The notes under the pieces are model-generated. The model saw nothing but the letters and a program-made list of their open reading frames with translations, was not told the DNA's origin and searched no databases. 50,348 bases of DNA from Candidatus Eiseniibacteriota bacterium (GTDB lineage Bacteria; Eisenbacteria; RBG-16-71-46; CAIMUX01; VGJL01), in assembly GCA_041946735.1 (NCBI GenBank), contig JBHGAY010000034.1, positions 1 through 50,348 on the forward strand. The letters are read 5' to 3'. Position 1 is the stretch's first letter. Every line of letters starts with the position of its first letter. A program made the position numbers and the translations under genes. Below are positions 34,734 to 46,063 of this stretch, one piece after another.

Positions 34734-35795
34734 CTACCTTTCCGCCTCCTCTTCCTCGAACTCGAGGTGCTCCGAGTCTCCCTCGTCCTCTTCCTCCTCG
34801 GCCGGCTTCGGCTTGGGAGTACCGAGGTAGCGCGAGACATCCATCCCGAAGTGCAAGCCCATGGTGGAGATCAAGTCCTGGATCTCCTTCAGGGACTTCT
34901 TGCCGAAGTTGCGGTACTGCAGCATCTCCGGCTCGCTCTTCTGCACGAGATCGCCGATCGTGCGGATCTGGGCCGCGCGCAGGCAGTTGCCGGCGCGGAC
35001 CGAAAGCTCCAGCTCGTCGACCGAGCGCTCCAGCAGCTCCTTGATCCGGTTGTACTCCTCGTCGACGACCTCCTCGACCTCCTCTTCGAACGTTTCCTCG
35101 AAGCGGATGAAGAGGCTGAAGTGGTCGCGCAGGATCTTCGCCGCCATCGAGAGGGCGTCGTTCGGAGTGAGCGAGCCGTCGGTCCAGATCTCGAGGGTCA
35201 GCTTGTCGTAGTCGATCCTCTGTCCGATTCGCGTGTTCTCGACCGCGAAGTTGACCTTCGTGACCGGCGAGAAGACGGAGTCGACCGGGATCCATCCGAA
35301 ACGATCGAGCACCGCCTGGTGCTGCTCTTCGGACACGTATCCCTTGCCGGAGGAGACCTCGACCTCGATCTGCAGGTCCCCTTCCTTGTTTACTGTGGCG
35401 ATGTGGAGATCGGGATTCAGGATCTTGATGTCGGTCGAGATCTCCATGTCGCCGGCGCGGACCTCGGTCTTCCCCTTGGCCCGGAAGATCCCCCGCCTAG
35501 GACCGTCCCCGAGGTGCTTGAACCGAACCTGCTTCAGATTCAAGACGATGTCGGTGACGTCCTCGAGCACGCCGGGGATGGTGGCGAACTCGTGCCGGAC
35601 GCGGTCGTCCAAGACCCGCATCGCGGTGACCGCGACCCCTTGGAGGGAGGACAGGAGCACGCGCCGGAGAGCGTTTCCCAGCGTCACTCCAAAACCTCGC
35701 TCGAGAGGCTCCACCACGAATCTGCCGTAGCGATCCGACGAGGCTGCCTCGTCCTGCTGGATCCGCTCCGGCATCTGAAGAGCCTTCCACTTCAT
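34734..35795 (-). CDS. rpoA: RNA polymerase alpha subunit
   Basis: EPLERGFGVTLGNALRRVLLSS, HEF, ELELSVR, NFGKKSL. Confidence 0.98.
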   Translation of the reverse strand: MKWKALQMPERIQQDEAASSDRYGRFVVEPLERGFGVTLGNALRRVLLSSLQGVAVTAMRVLDDRVRHEFATIPGVLEDVTDIVLNLKQVRFKHLGDGPRRGIFRAKGKTEVRAGDMEISTDIKILNPDLHIATVNKEGDLQIEVEVSSGKGYVSEEQHQAVLDRFGWIPVDSVFSPVTKVNFAVENTRIGQRIDYDKLTLEIWTDGSLTPNDALSMAAKILRDHFSLFIRFEETFEEEVEEVVDEEYNRIKELLERSVDELELSVRAGNCLRAAQIRTIGDLVQKSEPEMLQYRNFGKKSLKEIQDLISTMGLHFGMDVSRYLGTPKPKPAEEEEDEGDSEHLEFEEEEAER

Positions 35796-35889
35796 CCTGG
35801 TCAATCTCCTTGTTGGACTGTTCGGGCGATTCCGAGACCGATCTTGATCGCGTGAGAACGGACGGACTCGCGATCTCGACTCGTTCGAA

Positions 35890-36519
35890 TTACTTCGAAT
35901 ACAGCTCGACGATCAGCTGCTCCTGGATCGGGACCGGAATGTTCTCCCTCGTCGGGACCTGGTTCAGCCGGCCCTCGAGCTTCTTCTCGTCGAAGTCGAG
36001 CCAGGGCTGCATCTCGGTACGCCGGCGCTTCTCGATCGCTTCCTTGATCGCATCGAGGTTCTTGCTCTTCTCGCGAACACGGATGATGTCGCCCATCCGG
36101 AGGGCGAATGACGGGATGTCGACGGCGCGGGAGTTCACCTCGATGTGCCCGTGACGGACGAGCTGCCGGGCCATCGCTCGTGACGGAGCGATGCCGAGGC
36201 GGTAGACGATGTTGTCGAGACGGGTCTCCAGGAGCTGGAGCAGGATCTCTCCCGTGACTCCCTTCTTCCGCTCGGCCTTCTCGAAGTAGTTGCGGAACTG
36301 CCGCTCCATGATCCCGTAGATCCTGCGCGCCTTCTGCTTCTCACGGAGCTGCTGTCCGTAGGGGGTTTCCTTGGTACGCCGGTCGCGCCCGTGCTCGCCC
36401 GGGACGTACCCGCGGCGCTCGATCGCGCACTTTTCGGTGTAGCAGCGATCCCCCTTCAGGTACAGGCGGATGCCTTCACGCCTGCACAACCGACACACAG
36501 GACCCGTATACCTCGCCAT
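35890..36519 (-). CDS. rpsD: 30S ribosomal protein S4
   Basis: [30 protein letters not shown]. Confidence 0.98.
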   Translation of the reverse strand: MARYTGPVCRLCRREGIRLYLKGDRCYTEKCAIERRGYVPGEHGRDRRTKETPYGQQLREKQKARRIYGIMERQFRNYFEKAERKKGVTGEILLQLLETRLDNIVYRLGIAPSRAMARQLVRHGHIEVNSRAVDIPSFALRMGDIIRVREKSKNLDAIKEAIEKRRRTEMQPWLDFDEKKLEGRLNQVPTRENIPVPIQEQLIVELYSK

Positions 36520-36644
36520 CTGCCTTCATTTCCTCCTGCGATCGACTCTTCGCGATCCGCCGGCGTCTCGCCGGCGATACGACGACTCGGATCGGCGCCT
36601 CGATTCCGACGACGCGGAGCCGAGGATCCGGATCCGACGATTCG

Positions 36645-37034
36645 TTAGACCCGCCGGCGCTTCGGCGGCCGGCACCCGTTGTGCGGAATCGGAGTGACGT
36701 CGCGGATCGCCGTGATCTCCATCCCGGCGGCCTGCACGGAGCGGATCGCCGCCTCGCGGCCGGCGCCCGGCCCTTTCACCCAGACCTCGACCTTCCGCAT
36801 TCCCTGGCTCATCGCCTCCTTCGCCGCGTTTTCGGCCGCAACCTGCGCCGCGAAGGGAGTCGACTTGCGGGATCCCTTGAAACCGACCTTGCCGGCGCTG
36901 GCCCAGGAGACCACACCGCCGTCCGGGTCGGTGATCGAGATGATCGTGTTGTTGAAGCTCGAGTGGACGTGCACCACTCCGAGGACCGAGACTCTCCGGT
37001 CCTTGCGCTTCGAAGTCTTCTTCTCACGAGCCAA
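36645..37034 (-). CDS. rpsK: 30S ribosomal protein S11
   Basis: [35 protein letters not shown]. Confidence 0.98.
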   Translation of the reverse strand: MAREKKTSKRKDRRVSVLGVVHVHSSFNNTIISITDPDGGVVSWASAGKVGFKGSRKSTPFAAQVAAENAAKEAMSQGMRKVEVWVKGPGAGREAAIRSVQAAGMEITAIRDVTPIPHNGCRPPKRRRV

Positions 37035-37078
37035 TTTGGATCATCCTCCGTTCGCCTTCGCCTCTCGTCTTCGCGCGC

Positions 37079-37471
37079 CTAGCCCTTCTTCCCCGGCTTC
37101 GGCTTCTTGCGGACCGCGCCAGCCGTCCGCTTCGGGCCCTTGCGGGTCCTCGCGTTCGTGCGCGTCCTCTGACCGCGAGCCGGAAGGCTTCGGCGATGGC
37201 GCAGCCCTCGATAGCAGCCGATGTCCATCAGCCGCTTGATGTTCATTCCGACCTCGGTATGGAGCGCGCCCTCGATCCGATAGTTCGTCTCGATTTCGCT
37301 GCGCAGCCGGGCCGTTTCCTCATCGGTCAGGTTCTTGACCCGCTTGTCCGGATCGACCTTCGTGCTCTCGAGGATCTTCCGGGCGGATGCGGGCCCGATT
37401 CCGAAGATGTAGGTCAGCGCGACCTCCACCCTCTTCTCGTTCGGGACATCGACTCCCGCGATACGCGCCAA
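37079..37471 (-). CDS. rpsM: 30S ribosomal protein S13
   Basis: [27 protein letters not shown]. Confidence 0.98.
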   Translation of the reverse strand: MARIAGVDVPNEKRVEVALTYIFGIGPASARKILESTKVDPDKRVKNLTDEETARLRSEIETNYRIEGALHTEVGMNIKRLMDIGCYRGLRHRRSLPARGQRTRTNARTRKGPKRTAGAVRKKPKPGKKG

Positions 37472-37559
37472 CTGCTCTCCCTCCTTGCCCTAGCCGATCG
37501 GCCCGAGCCGCTCTCTTCTACCCACCGGTTCTACCCAGCGCTGCCTTCGCGCCTACTGC

Positions 37560-37676
37560 CTACTTCTGCCGCTGCTTGTGCCGCGGGTTCTTCTTGCAGA
37601 TCACCCGCAGCACGCCCTCGCGCTTGATGATGATGCAGTTCTCGCAGATCTTCTTGACGGACGTTCTGACCTTCAT
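37560..37676 (-). CDS. rpmJ: 50S ribosomal protein L36 (not in ORF track)
   Basis: hand translation [38 protein letters not shown]. Confidence 0.96.
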   Translation of the reverse strand: MKVRTSVKKICENCIIIKREGVLRVICKKNPRHKQRQK

Positions 37677-38449
37677 CTCCCACCTCCGTCCTCATCGGGC
37701 ACCGTGAGGACGACGGGTCCCCCCTCGGTGATCGCGACGGTGTGCTCGAAATGCGCCGACAACTTGTGGTCTCGCGTCACGACCGTCCACTCGTCGTCGA
37801 GCGTGTACACCTCGTGCGTGCCCAGGTTGATCATCGGCTCGATGGCGATCACCATCCCCGGCCGCAGCTTCGGTCCCTGCCCGGGATTGCCGAAGTTCGG
37901 CACTTGCGGCTCTTCGTGCAGCGAATTGCCGATTCCGTGCCCGACCAGCTGCCGAACGACTCCGTAGCCATGCGCTTCGGCATGCCGCTGCACGGCCGCC
38001 GAAATGTCTCCGACGCGGCGATCGGGCCGCGCCTCCTGGATCGCCAGATCCAGGCACTCGCGCGTCACCCGCATCAGCTCGCGCGCCTCGTCGCTCACCT
38101 CCCCGACGGGGAAGGTCCGCGCTCCGTCGCCATGGTAGCCGCCCAGAAATGCGCCGATGTCGACGCCGACGATGTCGCCTTCGCGCAACTCGGTGTCGCC
38201 CGGGATTCCGTGGACCACCTGGTCGTTGATCGAAACACAGATCGAGGCGGGGTAGCCGTAGTACCCCTTGAACGACGGAACCGCTCCACGCGAGCGGATG
38301 AGCTCCTCGATCGCCCGGTCGAGGTCGGCGGTCCGCAAGCCGGGCCGGATCATGCTCCCGGCCACCTCGAGGGCCTCGGCGACGATCGCCGCGCTCTTGC
38401 GGATCTTTTCGATCTCCACGGGCTTACGAACGTAAATCAAACCCTTCAC
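37673..38449 (-). CDS. map: type I methionyl aminopeptidase
   Basis: [16 protein letters not shown]...D, GHGIG..LHEEP, AIEPM, AHFEHT. Confidence 0.97.
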   Translation of the reverse strand: MKGLIYVRKPVEIEKIRKSAAIVAEALEVAGSMIRPGLRTADLDRAIEELIRSRGAVPSFKGYYGYPASICVSINDQVVHGIPGDTELREGDIVGVDIGAFLGGYHGDGARTFPVGEVSDEARELMRVTRECLDLAIQEARPDRRVGDISAAVQRHAEAHGYGVVRQLVGHGIGNSLHEEPQVPNFGNPGQGPKLRPGMVIAIEPMINLGTHEVYTLDDEWTVVTRDHKLSAHFEHTVAITEGGPVVLTVPDEDGGGR

Positions 38450-39117
38450 TCTCCTGCGCCTCGGATGCCCGAAGCGCTCTCGATCGCCCGCCGGATCCCC
38501 TCGGCCACCTCGCCGACCTCGGCCTCACCGTCGACGATCGCCAGGACCTTCCGGCTGTCGTAGTAGTCGATCAGCGGCGCCGTCGCCGCCTCGTACACAT
38601 TGAGCCGGCGACGCACCGTCGCCTCGTCGTCGTCGACTCGCTGCGCGAGCACTCCGCCGCAAACGTCGCACTTTCCTTCCACGGCCGGCGGCTTCGTCGC
38701 CAGGTTGTACACGGCTCCGCAGTTCGCGCAGACCCGGCGCCCCGTCATCCGCTGGAGGAGCGCCTTCTTCGAAACGTGGATCTTGAGCACCAGGTCGATG
38801 CTCTGATTCCTCTCCGCAAGCCAGCGGTCCAGCCCTTCGGCCTGCGGGATCGAGCGCGGGAATCCGTCGAGCACGAAGCCCGGCTCCAGGTCCGGCTCCG
38901 CGAGCCGCCGCTCCATCAGCTCGAGGACCATATCGTCCGGAACCAGGTCCCCTTTTCCCACGAGCGCCTGCACCCGCTTGCCCAGCGGCGTCCCTGCCGC
39001 GATCTCCCTCCGCAGGATGTCCCCCGTGGAGACCACCGGGATCGCGAGCTCCCGAGAGAGAATCTCCCCCTGAGTCCCCTTTCCCGAGCCGGGCGCGCCG
39101 AGCAGGATCAGGCGCAT
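38446..39117 (-). CDS. adk: adenylate kinase
   Basis: GAPGSGKGTQ, STGDILR, LDGFPR, Zn lid CxxC..CxxC. Confidence 0.98.
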   Translation of the reverse strand: MRLILLGAPGSGKGTQGEILSRELAIPVVSTGDILRREIAAGTPLGKRVQALVGKGDLVPDDMVLELMERRLAEPDLEPGFVLDGFPRSIPQAEGLDRWLAERNQSIDLVLKIHVSKKALLQRMTGRRVCANCGAVYNLATKPPAVEGKCDVCGGVLAQRVDDDEATVRRRLNVYEAATAPLIDYYDSRKVLAIVDGEAEVGEVAEGIRRAIESASGIRGAGE

Positions 39118-39189
39118 CGGACCTCCTGTCGGTTCGGACCTTCCTACCGGTTCTTCTCCGCCGTACTGCCCTGCCGTTCCGCCCTTCTG

Positions 39190-40503
39190 CTAGCGCCGTC
39201 CCCGCAGGTGCCCCTTCTTCATGAATCCATCATAGTGCCGCATGAGCAGGTGCGACTCGATCTGCTGCAGCGTGTCGAGCGCGACGCCGACGATGATCAA
39301 GAGCGAGGTGCCCCCGAAATAGAACGGCACGTTCCCGTAGCGGAGCAGCATGTCGGGAAGAACCGCGATCAGCGCCAGGAAGATCGCTCCCGGCAGCGTA
39401 ATCCGCTGCAGGATGCGGTCGATGTACTCTGCCGTATGCTTCCCGGGCCGGATGCCGGGGATGAATCCGCCGAACTTCTTCATGTTCTCGGCGAGGTCGA
39501 CCGGATTCAGGACGATCGCCGTATAGAAGTACGTGAAGAAGATGATCATCAGGCTGTACAGAACCACGTAGATCGGCGTCCCCGGAGCGAAGAAGCGCTG
39601 GATGTTGTGCATCATGTCGCTGTTCGGGAAGAAGCTCGCGATCGTGCTCGGGAAGACGATGATCGACTGCGCGAAGATGATCGGGATCACGCCCGCCGTG
39701 ATGACGCGCAGCGGAATATGCGTGCTCTGGCCGCCGTACATCTTGCGTCCGACGATTCTCTTCGCATATTGAACCGGGATCTTCCGAGTCGCCTGGGTGA
39801 AGGCCACCACCGTCCCGGTGATCACGACCATGGCCACCGCCATGATCGCCAGCATGACCGGGTTCAGCGAGCCCTGGCCGACCGAGCGGATCGTGTTGAT
39901 CACCTCGGCCGGGAAGCGGGCGACGATCCCGATGAAGATCAAGAGCGACATCCCGTTCCCGATCCCCTTCTCGGTGATCAGTTCTCCCAGCCACATCACG
40001 AAGACGGCGCCCGTCGTCATCGTGAGAACGGTGACGAGTCGGAATCCCATCCCCGGGTTCGGCACGACCGGCACGCCGAACTGCGAGTTCATGCTCTCGA
40101 GGAAGATCGCGATCCCGAACGCCTGGACCACGGAGAGCATCACGGTGCCGTAGCGCGTGTACTGCGTGATCTTCCGGCGCCCCTCTTCCCCCTCCTTCTG
40201 CAGCCGCTCGAAGTACGGGACGACCGCTCCGAACAGCTGCAGGATGATCGAGGCGCTGATGTACGGCATGATGCCGAGCGCGAAGATCGTCGCCTTGTGG
40301 AAGTTGCCGCCCGCGAACAGGTCGTAGAGCTGGAACAGCGTATTCTGCGCCTGCGAATTGAAGTAGCTGGTGAGCGCAGCTCCGTCGACTCCGGGCGTCG
40401 GGACGTGTCCACCCAGCCGGTAGATGACGAGAATCCCGATTGTGTACAGGATCCTTCGCTTCAGCTCCGGGATCTTGAAAATCGACTGAAGGCTCTCGAG
40501 CAT
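39190..40503 (-). CDS. secY: preprotein translocase subunit SecY
   Basis: ALGIMPYISASII, GIGNGMSL, IPGIRPG, GGTSLLI. Confidence 0.98.
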   Translation of the reverse strand: MLESLQSIFKIPELKRRILYTIGILVIYRLGGHVPTPGVDGAALTSYFNSQAQNTLFQLYDLFAGGNFHKATIFALGIMPYISASIILQLFGAVVPYFERLQKEGEEGRRKITQYTRYGTVMLSVVQAFGIAIFLESMNSQFGVPVVPNPGMGFRLVTVLTMTTGAVFVMWLGELITEKGIGNGMSLLIFIGIVARFPAEVINTIRSVGQGSLNPVMLAIMAVAMVVITGTVVAFTQATRKIPVQYAKRIVGRKMYGGQSTHIPLRVITAGVIPIIFAQSIIVFPSTIASFFPNSDMMHNIQRFFAPGTPIYVVLYSLMIIFFTYFYTAIVLNPVDLAENMKKFGGFIPGIRPGKHTAEYIDRILQRITLPGAIFLALIAVLPDMLLRYGNVPFYFGGTSLLIIVGVALDTLQQIESHLLMRHYDGFMKKGHLRGRR

Positions 40504-40506
40504 GCT

Positions 40507-40965
40507 TTACGCCTCGGTCCCTTCTGCGGTCAGGATCTCGACCCGCCCACCGCTCGCCTCGACCTTCGACTTCGCCGACGCGCTCGCCGCATGGACGCGC
40601 ACGACGAGAGATCGATCGAGCGTCCCATCCCCAAGCAACTTGATCAGGAGCCTGCTCCTCGCCATGCCGGCCCGCATCAGGAGTTCCGGCGTGACCTCGG
40701 TGCCCGCCTCGAAGACGTTCAGCTCCCCTACGTTGACGACCGCGTAGCGTGTCCTGAAGAGATTCGTGAAGCCTCGCTTCGGCACGCGCCGCTGCAACGG
40801 CATCTGTCCGCCCTCGAACCAGAGGTGCGAGCCGCCGCCCGAGCGCGCCTTGTGCCCCTTGTGCCCGCGCGTCGAGGTGCCGCCGTGGCCCGAGCCGGTG
40901 CCGCAGCCGACCCTCTTGCGCTTCTTCACCGCCCCCTTCGCGGGCTTCAGTTGGTTCAGCTTCAT
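40507..40965 (-). CDS. rplO: 50S ribosomal protein L15
   Basis: RGHKGHKAR, FEGGQMPL. Confidence 0.97.
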   Translation of the reverse strand: MKLNQLKPAKGAVKKRKRVGCGTGSGHGGTSTRGHKGHKARSGGGSHLWFEGGQMPLQRRVPKRGFTNLFRTRYAVVNVGELNVFEAGTEVTPELLMRAGMARSRLLIKLLGDGTLDRSLVVRVHAASASAKSKVEASGGRVEILTAEGTEA

Positions 40966-41012
40966 CGCGATTCCCGTCCTTCCGGCGCCGCCGAGCCGCT
41001 CACCGGCGCTCG

Positions 41013-41201
41013 CTACGCCTCGATCTCTTCTACCGTGACCAGATGCCGGACCCGGAAGATCATTCCCCGGATCGCGGGATTGTCCGGATGCTCCACGACG
41101 TGGCGGATCCTGCGGAGACCGAGCGCCTCGATGGTGCGCTTCTGGTCCACATTGCAGCGGATCTTGCTACGCGTTTGCTGGATTCTCAGGCGCTTGGCCA
41201 T
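41013..41201 (-). CDS. rpmD: 50S ribosomal protein L30
   Basis: [18 protein letters not shown] 41201 with GGAGGAG SD. Confidence 0.95.
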   Translation of the reverse strand: MAKRLRIQQTRSKIRCNVDQKRTIEALGLRRIRHVVEHPDNPAIRGMIFRVRHLVTVEEIEA

Positions 41202-41778
41202 TCTCTCCTCCGACACCGGCCTGTGCGCTCGCCACGGCAGCCTTCTTCTGGAAGCCGAGGAGCTCGTGCACGGTGAGATTCCGCGACCGCGCCACTTGGG
41301 ACGCCTTCCGCAGCCGCTCGAGACCATCGACCGTCGCCTTGACGACGTTGTGCGGGTTCGAGCTGCCGAGACTCTTCGTCAGGATGTCGCCGATTCCGGC
41401 CACCTCGAGGACGGCGCGTACGCCTCCGCCCGCGATCACGCCGGTACCGGCCGACGCCGGCTTCAAAAGGACGCGGCCCGCGCCGAAATGCCCGACCACG
41501 CTGTGAGGGATCGAGGTGCGGAGCAGCGGAACTTCGAACATCCTCTTGCGCGCGGCCTCACCGGCCTTGCGGATCGCCTCGGAGACTTCGTTCGCCTTGC
41601 CGAGACCGACGCCGACCTTCCCCTTCTGATTCCCGACCGCGACGATGGCGTTGAAGCTGAACCTGCGTCCACCCTTCACGACCTTGGCGACGCGGTTGAT
41701 GTGGATGACGCGCTCGACGAACTCCGGCTCGGCTCCCCACTCGCCTCGCTCGTGTCGATCCGTGCGATCTCCTCTCAA
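41167..41778 (-). CDS. rpsE: 30S ribosomal protein S5
   Basis: [29 protein letters not shown]. Confidence 0.97.
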   Translation of the reverse strand: MRGDRTDRHERGEWGAEPEFVERVIHINRVAKVVKGGRRFSFNAIVAVGNQKGKVGVGLGKANEVSEAIRKAGEAARKRMFEVPLLRTSIPHSVVGHFGAGRVLLKPASAGTGVIAGGGVRAVLEVAGIGDILTKSLGSSNPHNVVKATVDGLERLRKASQVARSRNLTVHELLGFQKKAAVASAQAGVGGENGQAPENPANA

Positions 41779-41809
41779 GGCATCTCCTTCACTCGGGGCC
41801 CCGAGGCCC

Positions 41810-42181
41810 TTAGAACTTCAAACCGCCTTCGCGGGCGCCCTCGGCCAGGGCCTTCACCCGCCCGTGATACAGATATCCACCGCGATCGAAGGCGACTCGT
41901 TCGATCCCCTTCTCGCGCGCGAGGCGGGCGACGAGCATCCCCACCTTCTTGCTCTGGTCCATCTTCCTCATTCCGCCCAGTTCCGGAACGATCTCCTTGC
42001 TCAGGGTCGACGCGGTGCAGAGGGAGCGCCCCTGCTCGTCGTCGATCACCTGGGCGTAGATGTGCTTCGCGCTGCGGAAGACGCACAGTCGCGGCACTTC
42101 GGCCGTTCCCTGCAACTTCCTCCGGATCCGGCGGTGGCGCTTGATCCGCGCTAGCGCGGACTCGCTCAGGCTCGTTCTCAT
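41810..42181 (-). CDS. rplR: 50S ribosomal protein L18
   Basis: [20 protein letters not shown]. Confidence 0.97.
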   Translation of the reverse strand: MRTSLSESALARIKRHRRIRRKLQGTAEVPRLCVFRSAKHIYAQVIDDEQGRSLCTASTLSKEIVPELGGMRKMDQSKKVGMLVARLAREKGIERVAFDRGGYLYHGRVKALAEGAREGGLKF

Positions 42182-42198
42182 TTGATCCGTCCCCTCCC

Positions 42199-42738
42199 CT
42201 AGCCGGAGGACTTACCCGCCTTGCGGCGGATCTGCTCGTTGGCGTACTTGACACCCTTGCCCTTGTACGGCTCCGGCGGCTGCAACCGGCGGATGTCGGC
42301 CGCGACCTGGCCCACCAGCTTCTTGTCGATGCCGCGAACCGTGACGCGCGGCGGCCGGTCGGCCACCTCGGCGTTCACCCCCTCGGGGAGGGGGAACTCG
42401 CGCGGGTGGTCGTAGTTCAGCTTGAAGACGAGCTTCCGGCCTTCGAGGGAGACGCGGTATCCGGTCCCGACGATCTCCATCTCCTTCGAGAATCCCTTGC
42501 TCACTCCTTCGACGAGATTCGCGACCATCGCGCGCGAAACGCCATGGAGCGAGTTGCCCATCCGGTCCGTCCGCTCGAGATCGACGTGCGCCGTGTCGCC
42601 GTCGAGGCGGAGCTTGAGCCCCGGCTGCAGCGGAAACGACAGCTCGCCCAGCGGCCCCTTGGCCCGGACGACCTGACCTTCCTGCGTCAGGGTGACCCCC
42701 TTCGGGATCGCAATCGGCATCTTTCCTACGCGAGACAT
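42199..42738 (-). CDS. rplF: 50S ribosomal protein L6
   Basis: [17 protein letters not shown]. Confidence 0.97.
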   Translation of the reverse strand: MSRVGKMPIAIPKGVTLTQEGQVVRAKGPLGELSFPLQPGLKLRLDGDTAHVDLERTDRMGNSLHGVSRAMVANLVEGVSKGFSKEMEIVGTGYRVSLEGRKLVFKLNYDHPREFPLPEGVNAEVADRPPRVTVRGIDKKLVGQVAADIRRLQPPEPYKGKGVKYANEQIRRKAGKSSG

Positions 42739-42769
42739 TTCGTTGATCCCTCTGTTCGTTGGGTGGTCG

Positions 42770-43168
42770 CTACCAGACCCTCGCCAGGACCTCTCCGCCG
42801 ACGCCGGCGCTGCGCGCCTCCTTGTCGGTCAGGATTCCCCGCGTGGTGGACAGGATCGCCGAGCCGAGGCCGCCCATGACGCGCGGGATCTCCTCGCGAT
42901 CGACGTAGACACGGCGTCCGGGGCGGCTCACCCGCTCGAGCCCGGAGATCACCGGCTTCTCGTCGGACTCGTAACGGAGATAGACGCGCAGGACACCCTG
43001 CTTGTCGTCCTCGAGTCGCTTGAAGCTCTGGATGAAGCGCTCGCGGAGCAGCGTCTCGACGATCGCCGTCTTCACATTCGAAGCCGGGAAGTCGACCCGC
43101 TTGTGCCCGGCGCGAACCGCGTTGCGGATGCAGGTCAGCATGTCCGCGATTGGATCGGTCTGGCTCAT
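42770..43168 (-). CDS. rpsH: 30S ribosomal protein S8
   Basis: DPIADMLTCIRNA, VSRPGRRVY, GVGGE. Confidence 0.97.
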   Translation of the reverse strand: MSQTDPIADMLTCIRNAVRAGHKRVDFPASNVKTAIVETLLRERFIQSFKRLEDDKQGVLRVYLRYESDEKPVISGLERVSRPGRRVYVDREEIPRVMGGLGSAILSTTRGILTDKEARSAGVGGEVLARVW

Positions 43169-43241
43169 TTCCTCACTCCCGGATGCTGCCGGTCGCACCG
43201 GCGCGATCCGACTACGACGACCACCGTCTTTCCCGCTGGAC

Positions 43242-43427
43242 TCACCAGCTCGCCTTGACCACTCCCGGAAGCTCCCCGGAGAGGGCGAGCAGCCGGAAGC
43301 AGATCCTGCAGAGAGCGAACTTGCGCAGGTAGGCCCGGGGCCGCCCGCAGCGACGGCAGCGATGATACGCGCGGACCTGGTACTTCGGCTTCCGCTTGGA
43401 CTTCTCGATCAGGCACTTCTTCGCCAC
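43242..43427 (-). CDS. rpsZ: 30S ribosomal protein S14, Zn-binding type Z
   Basis: [24 protein letters not shown]. Confidence 0.97.
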   Translation of the reverse strand: MAKKCLIEKSKRKPKYQVRAYHRCRRCGRPRAYLRKFALCRICFRLLALSGELPGVVKASW

Positions 43428-43463
43428 GTCTTCTCCCCAGCCGGGATCGCGATCCCGGCGCTC

Positions 43464-44126
43464 CTACTTCTGACGGAAGGGCCAGCGGAGCGCCTGCAGC
43501 AGCTCCATCCCTTCCTCGTCGGTCTTCGCGCTCGTCACGAGCGTGATGTCCATTCCGCGGATCTTCTCGACCTTGTCGTACTTGATCTCCGGGAAGATCA
43601 CCTGCTCCTTCAAACCAAACGTGTAGTTGCCCCGTCCGTCGAAGGACTTCGTCGGAAGCCCGCGAAAGTCGCGGATCTTCGGGATCGCAATGTCCATCAA
43701 ACGGTCGAGAAACTCCCACATCCGCGGCCCGCGCAGGGTGACCATCGTGCCGATCGGGAGGCCGGCGCGAAGCTTGAAGTTCGCGATCGACTTGCGCGCG
43801 CGGCGAATCGCGGGCTTCTGGCCCGTGATCGCCGTCAACTCGCTCGTCGCGGCATCGAGCAGCTTGATGTTTTGCAGCGCGTCGCCGACGCCCATGTTCA
43901 CGACGATCTTCTGGAGGCGCGGCACCTGCATCGTGCTCGTGTACTGGAAGCGCTTCATCAGATGGGGGACGACCTCCTTCTGATAGAGCCCCTTCGTGCG
44001 CGACGGCGCCGGCGGCTCCTGAACCGCTTCGGCGGCGCCCTTCTTCGCCGGCTGCTCCTTGGCAGCCGCGGCAGCTCGTCCGCCCCCTCCGGCCCCCTTC
44101 TTCTTCGGCTTCTCGCTCATCCTCAC
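43464..44126 (-). CDS. rplE: 50S ribosomal protein L5 with N-terminal extension
   Basis: [27 protein letters not shown]. Confidence 0.97.
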   Translation of the reverse strand: MRMSEKPKKKGAGGGGRAAAAAKEQPAKKGAAEAVQEPPAPSRTKGLYQKEVVPHLMKRFQYTSTMQVPRLQKIVVNMGVGDALQNIKLLDAATSELTAITGQKPAIRRARKSIANFKLRAGLPIGTMVTLRGPRMWEFLDRLMDIAIPKIRDFRGLPTKSFDGRGNYTFGLKEQVIFPEIKYDKVEKIRGMDITLVTSAKTDEEGMELLQALRWPFRQK

Positions 44127-44166
44127 TCCACCTGGTTAGGCTCTTCGGCCTTGCTTTGCCGGTCCG

Positions 44167-44541
44167 CTACGCCTTGGACTTCACGATCGGGCGCTCGATC
44201 TCGACACCGGAACTCTTGCTGATCCGGGCCTTGCTGCGCCGCTTCTCGACTTTTTCCTCCGCCGCCTCCGGCACCTGCATACGAATCCGCGCCGGCTTGT
44301 TCGACTTCGGGTCGATCAACGCGACACTCGACACAGGGAGCGGGGCTTCCTTCTCGACCGACGAGGTCGACATCCCGCCGCGCTGGCGCTGCTGCTGGCC
44401 GCCCTTCTTGTGGCGCGTCACGAGACGCACCCGCTGCACCCAGACGAGCTTCTTGTCCGGATCGACGGAAAGGACCCTGCCGGTCTTCCCCTTGTCGTCT
44501 CCGCGGACCACGACCACCGTGTCCCCTTTGCGGATCTTCAC
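44167..44541 (-). CDS. rplX: 50S ribosomal protein L24
   Basis: KIRKGDTV..GDDKGKTG KOW motif, EAPL. Confidence 0.95.
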   Translation of the reverse strand: MKIRKGDTVVVVRGDDKGKTGRVLSVDPDKKLVWVQRVRLVTRHKKGGQQQRQRGGMSTSSVEKEAPLPVSSVALIDPKSNKPARIRMQVPEAAEEKVEKRRSKARISKSSGVEIERPIVKSKA

Positions 44542-44562
44542 GTGCGCCTCCCGTCCGCCGAC

Positions 44563-44931
44563 CTAGATGACCTCGGGCGCGAGGGAGATGATCTTCATGA
44601 ACTCCTTCTCCCTGAGCTCCCGAGCGACCGGCCCGAAGATGCGTGTTCCTCGCGGCTCCTTCTGCTTGTCGATCAGGACGGCCGCGTTCTGGTCGAAGCG
44701 GATGTAGGAGCCGTCCTTCCGGCGGACTTCCTTGCGGGTGCGGATGATCACGGCGCGGGCCTTCTCGCCCTTCTTGACCGCCCCGTTCGGAATCGCATCC
44801 TTGATCGCGACCACGATGATGTCACCGACGCTCGCGTAGCGCCTGCGCGTGCCGCCGAGCACCTTGATGCACATGGCGCGCCGCGCTCCCGAGTTGTCGG
44901 AGATGTTCAGCATCGTCTGCTGCTGGATCAT
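44563..44931 (-). CDS. rplN: 50S ribosomal protein L14
   Basis: [23 protein letters not shown]. Confidence 0.98.
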   Translation of the reverse strand: MIQQQTMLNISDNSGARRAMCIKVLGGTRRRYASVGDIIVVAIKDAIPNGAVKKGEKARAVIIRTRKEVRRKDGSYIRFDQNAAVLIDKQKEPRGTRIFGPVARELREKEFMKIISLAPEVI

Positions 44932-44988
44932 GGCTTCACTCCGTCTTCACGCCCGTCCCCCGGCTCGCCGCCGGAGCGAGCGACGCTC

Positions 44989-45336
44989 CTACGCCTTGGA
45001 CTTCTCGATGACCTCGACCACCCGCCATCTCTTCAGCTTCGACAACGGACGGGTCTCCATGATCCGGACGAAGTCGCCGATCTGGCACTCGTTCTTGTCG
45101 TCCTGGGCGTAGTACTTCTTGGTCAGGGTGATGTACCGCTTGTACACCGGATGCGGCACGCGCCGCCTCTGCTCGATCACGACCGTCTTGTCCATCTTGT
45201 TGCTGACGACCGTTCCCTCGCGGACCTTGCGCGCCGGGCGCCTTCGGGCCTCGGCTGCGCCGCCCGGCTCGGTCCCTGCCGCGGTCCCAGCCTCGTTCCC
45301 TGCCTCGTTCCGGATTTCGTTCTCCTGCTCGTGCAT
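44989..45336 (-). CDS. rpsQ: 30S ribosomal protein S17
   Basis: [18 protein letters not shown]. Confidence 0.97.
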   Translation of the reverse strand: MHEQENEIRNEAGNEAGTAAGTEPGGAAEARRRPARKVREGTVVSNKMDKTVVIEQRRRVPHPVYKRYITLTKKYYAQDDKNECQIGDFVRIMETRPLSKLKRWRVVEVIEKSKA

Positions 45337-45351
45337 CGGCTCCCCCGGCTT

Positions 45352-45591
45352 CTACTTCGCCGCGCCCGGATGGTGGCCGGTCAGCGGTCGGATCCCCGAC
45401 TCGTGCTCCTTCAGCAGCGTGAGATAGCGGGCGAGATCGCGCCGCACCTCGCGGATCTTCAACGGGTTGTCGAGCTGCTTCACGGAGTTGCGAAACCCCA
45501 GGTTGAACAGCTCCTCGCGGGCGGCCTTCATCTTCTCGCGGATCTCCTCCGCGCTGAGTTCCCGGAGTTTCGCGGGCTTGTTCTCGCTCAT
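45352..45591 (-). CDS. rpmC: 50S ribosomal protein L29
   Basis: ELFNL.F, IREVRRDLAR; operon position. Confidence 0.95.
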   Translation of the reverse strand: MSENKPAKLRELSAEEIREKMKAAREELFNLGFRNSVKQLDNPLKIREVRRDLARYLTLLKEHESGIRPLTGHHPGAAK

Positions 45592-45600
45592 CTCGACTCC

Positions 45601-46014
45601 CTATGCCTCCTCACGGGCGACGATCTTCGTCTTCAGGGCGAGCTTCGAGGCGCCGAGCCGGAGAGCCTCATGGGCCAGCTCCCGGTTGATCCCCTCGAGC
45701 TCGAAGAGCATGCGCCCGGCCTTCACGACCGCGACCCACGACTCCGGATTCCCCTTGCCGCTTCCCATGCGGGTCTCCGCGGGCTTCGCGGTGATCGGCT
45801 TGTCGGGAAAGATCCGGATCCACATCTTCCCGCCCCTTTTGATGTGGCGGTTGATGGCGACGCGCGCCGCCTCGATCTGCGTGTTCGTGATCCAGGCCGG
45901 CTCCATCGCCTTCAGCCCGAACTCGCCGAACGCGAGGTCGGCCCCGCGAGTGGCGAAGCCGCCCATCCGCCCTCTCTGCTGCTTGCGGTGCTTCACCCGC
46001 TTCGGCATCAACAT
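45601..46014 (-). CDS. rplP: 50S ribosomal protein L16
   Basis: [18 protein letters not shown]. Confidence 0.98.
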   Translation of the reverse strand: MLMPKRVKHRKQQRGRMGGFATRGADLAFGEFGLKAMEPAWITNTQIEAARVAINRHIKRGGKMWIRIFPDKPITAKPAETRMGSGKGNPESWVAVVKAGRMLFELEGINRELAHEALRLGASKLALKTKIVAREEA

Positions 46015-46063
46015 CGGAGGATTCTCCTATTCCGTCCCGGGTCGCTCGCGCGCCTGCCGCTCG

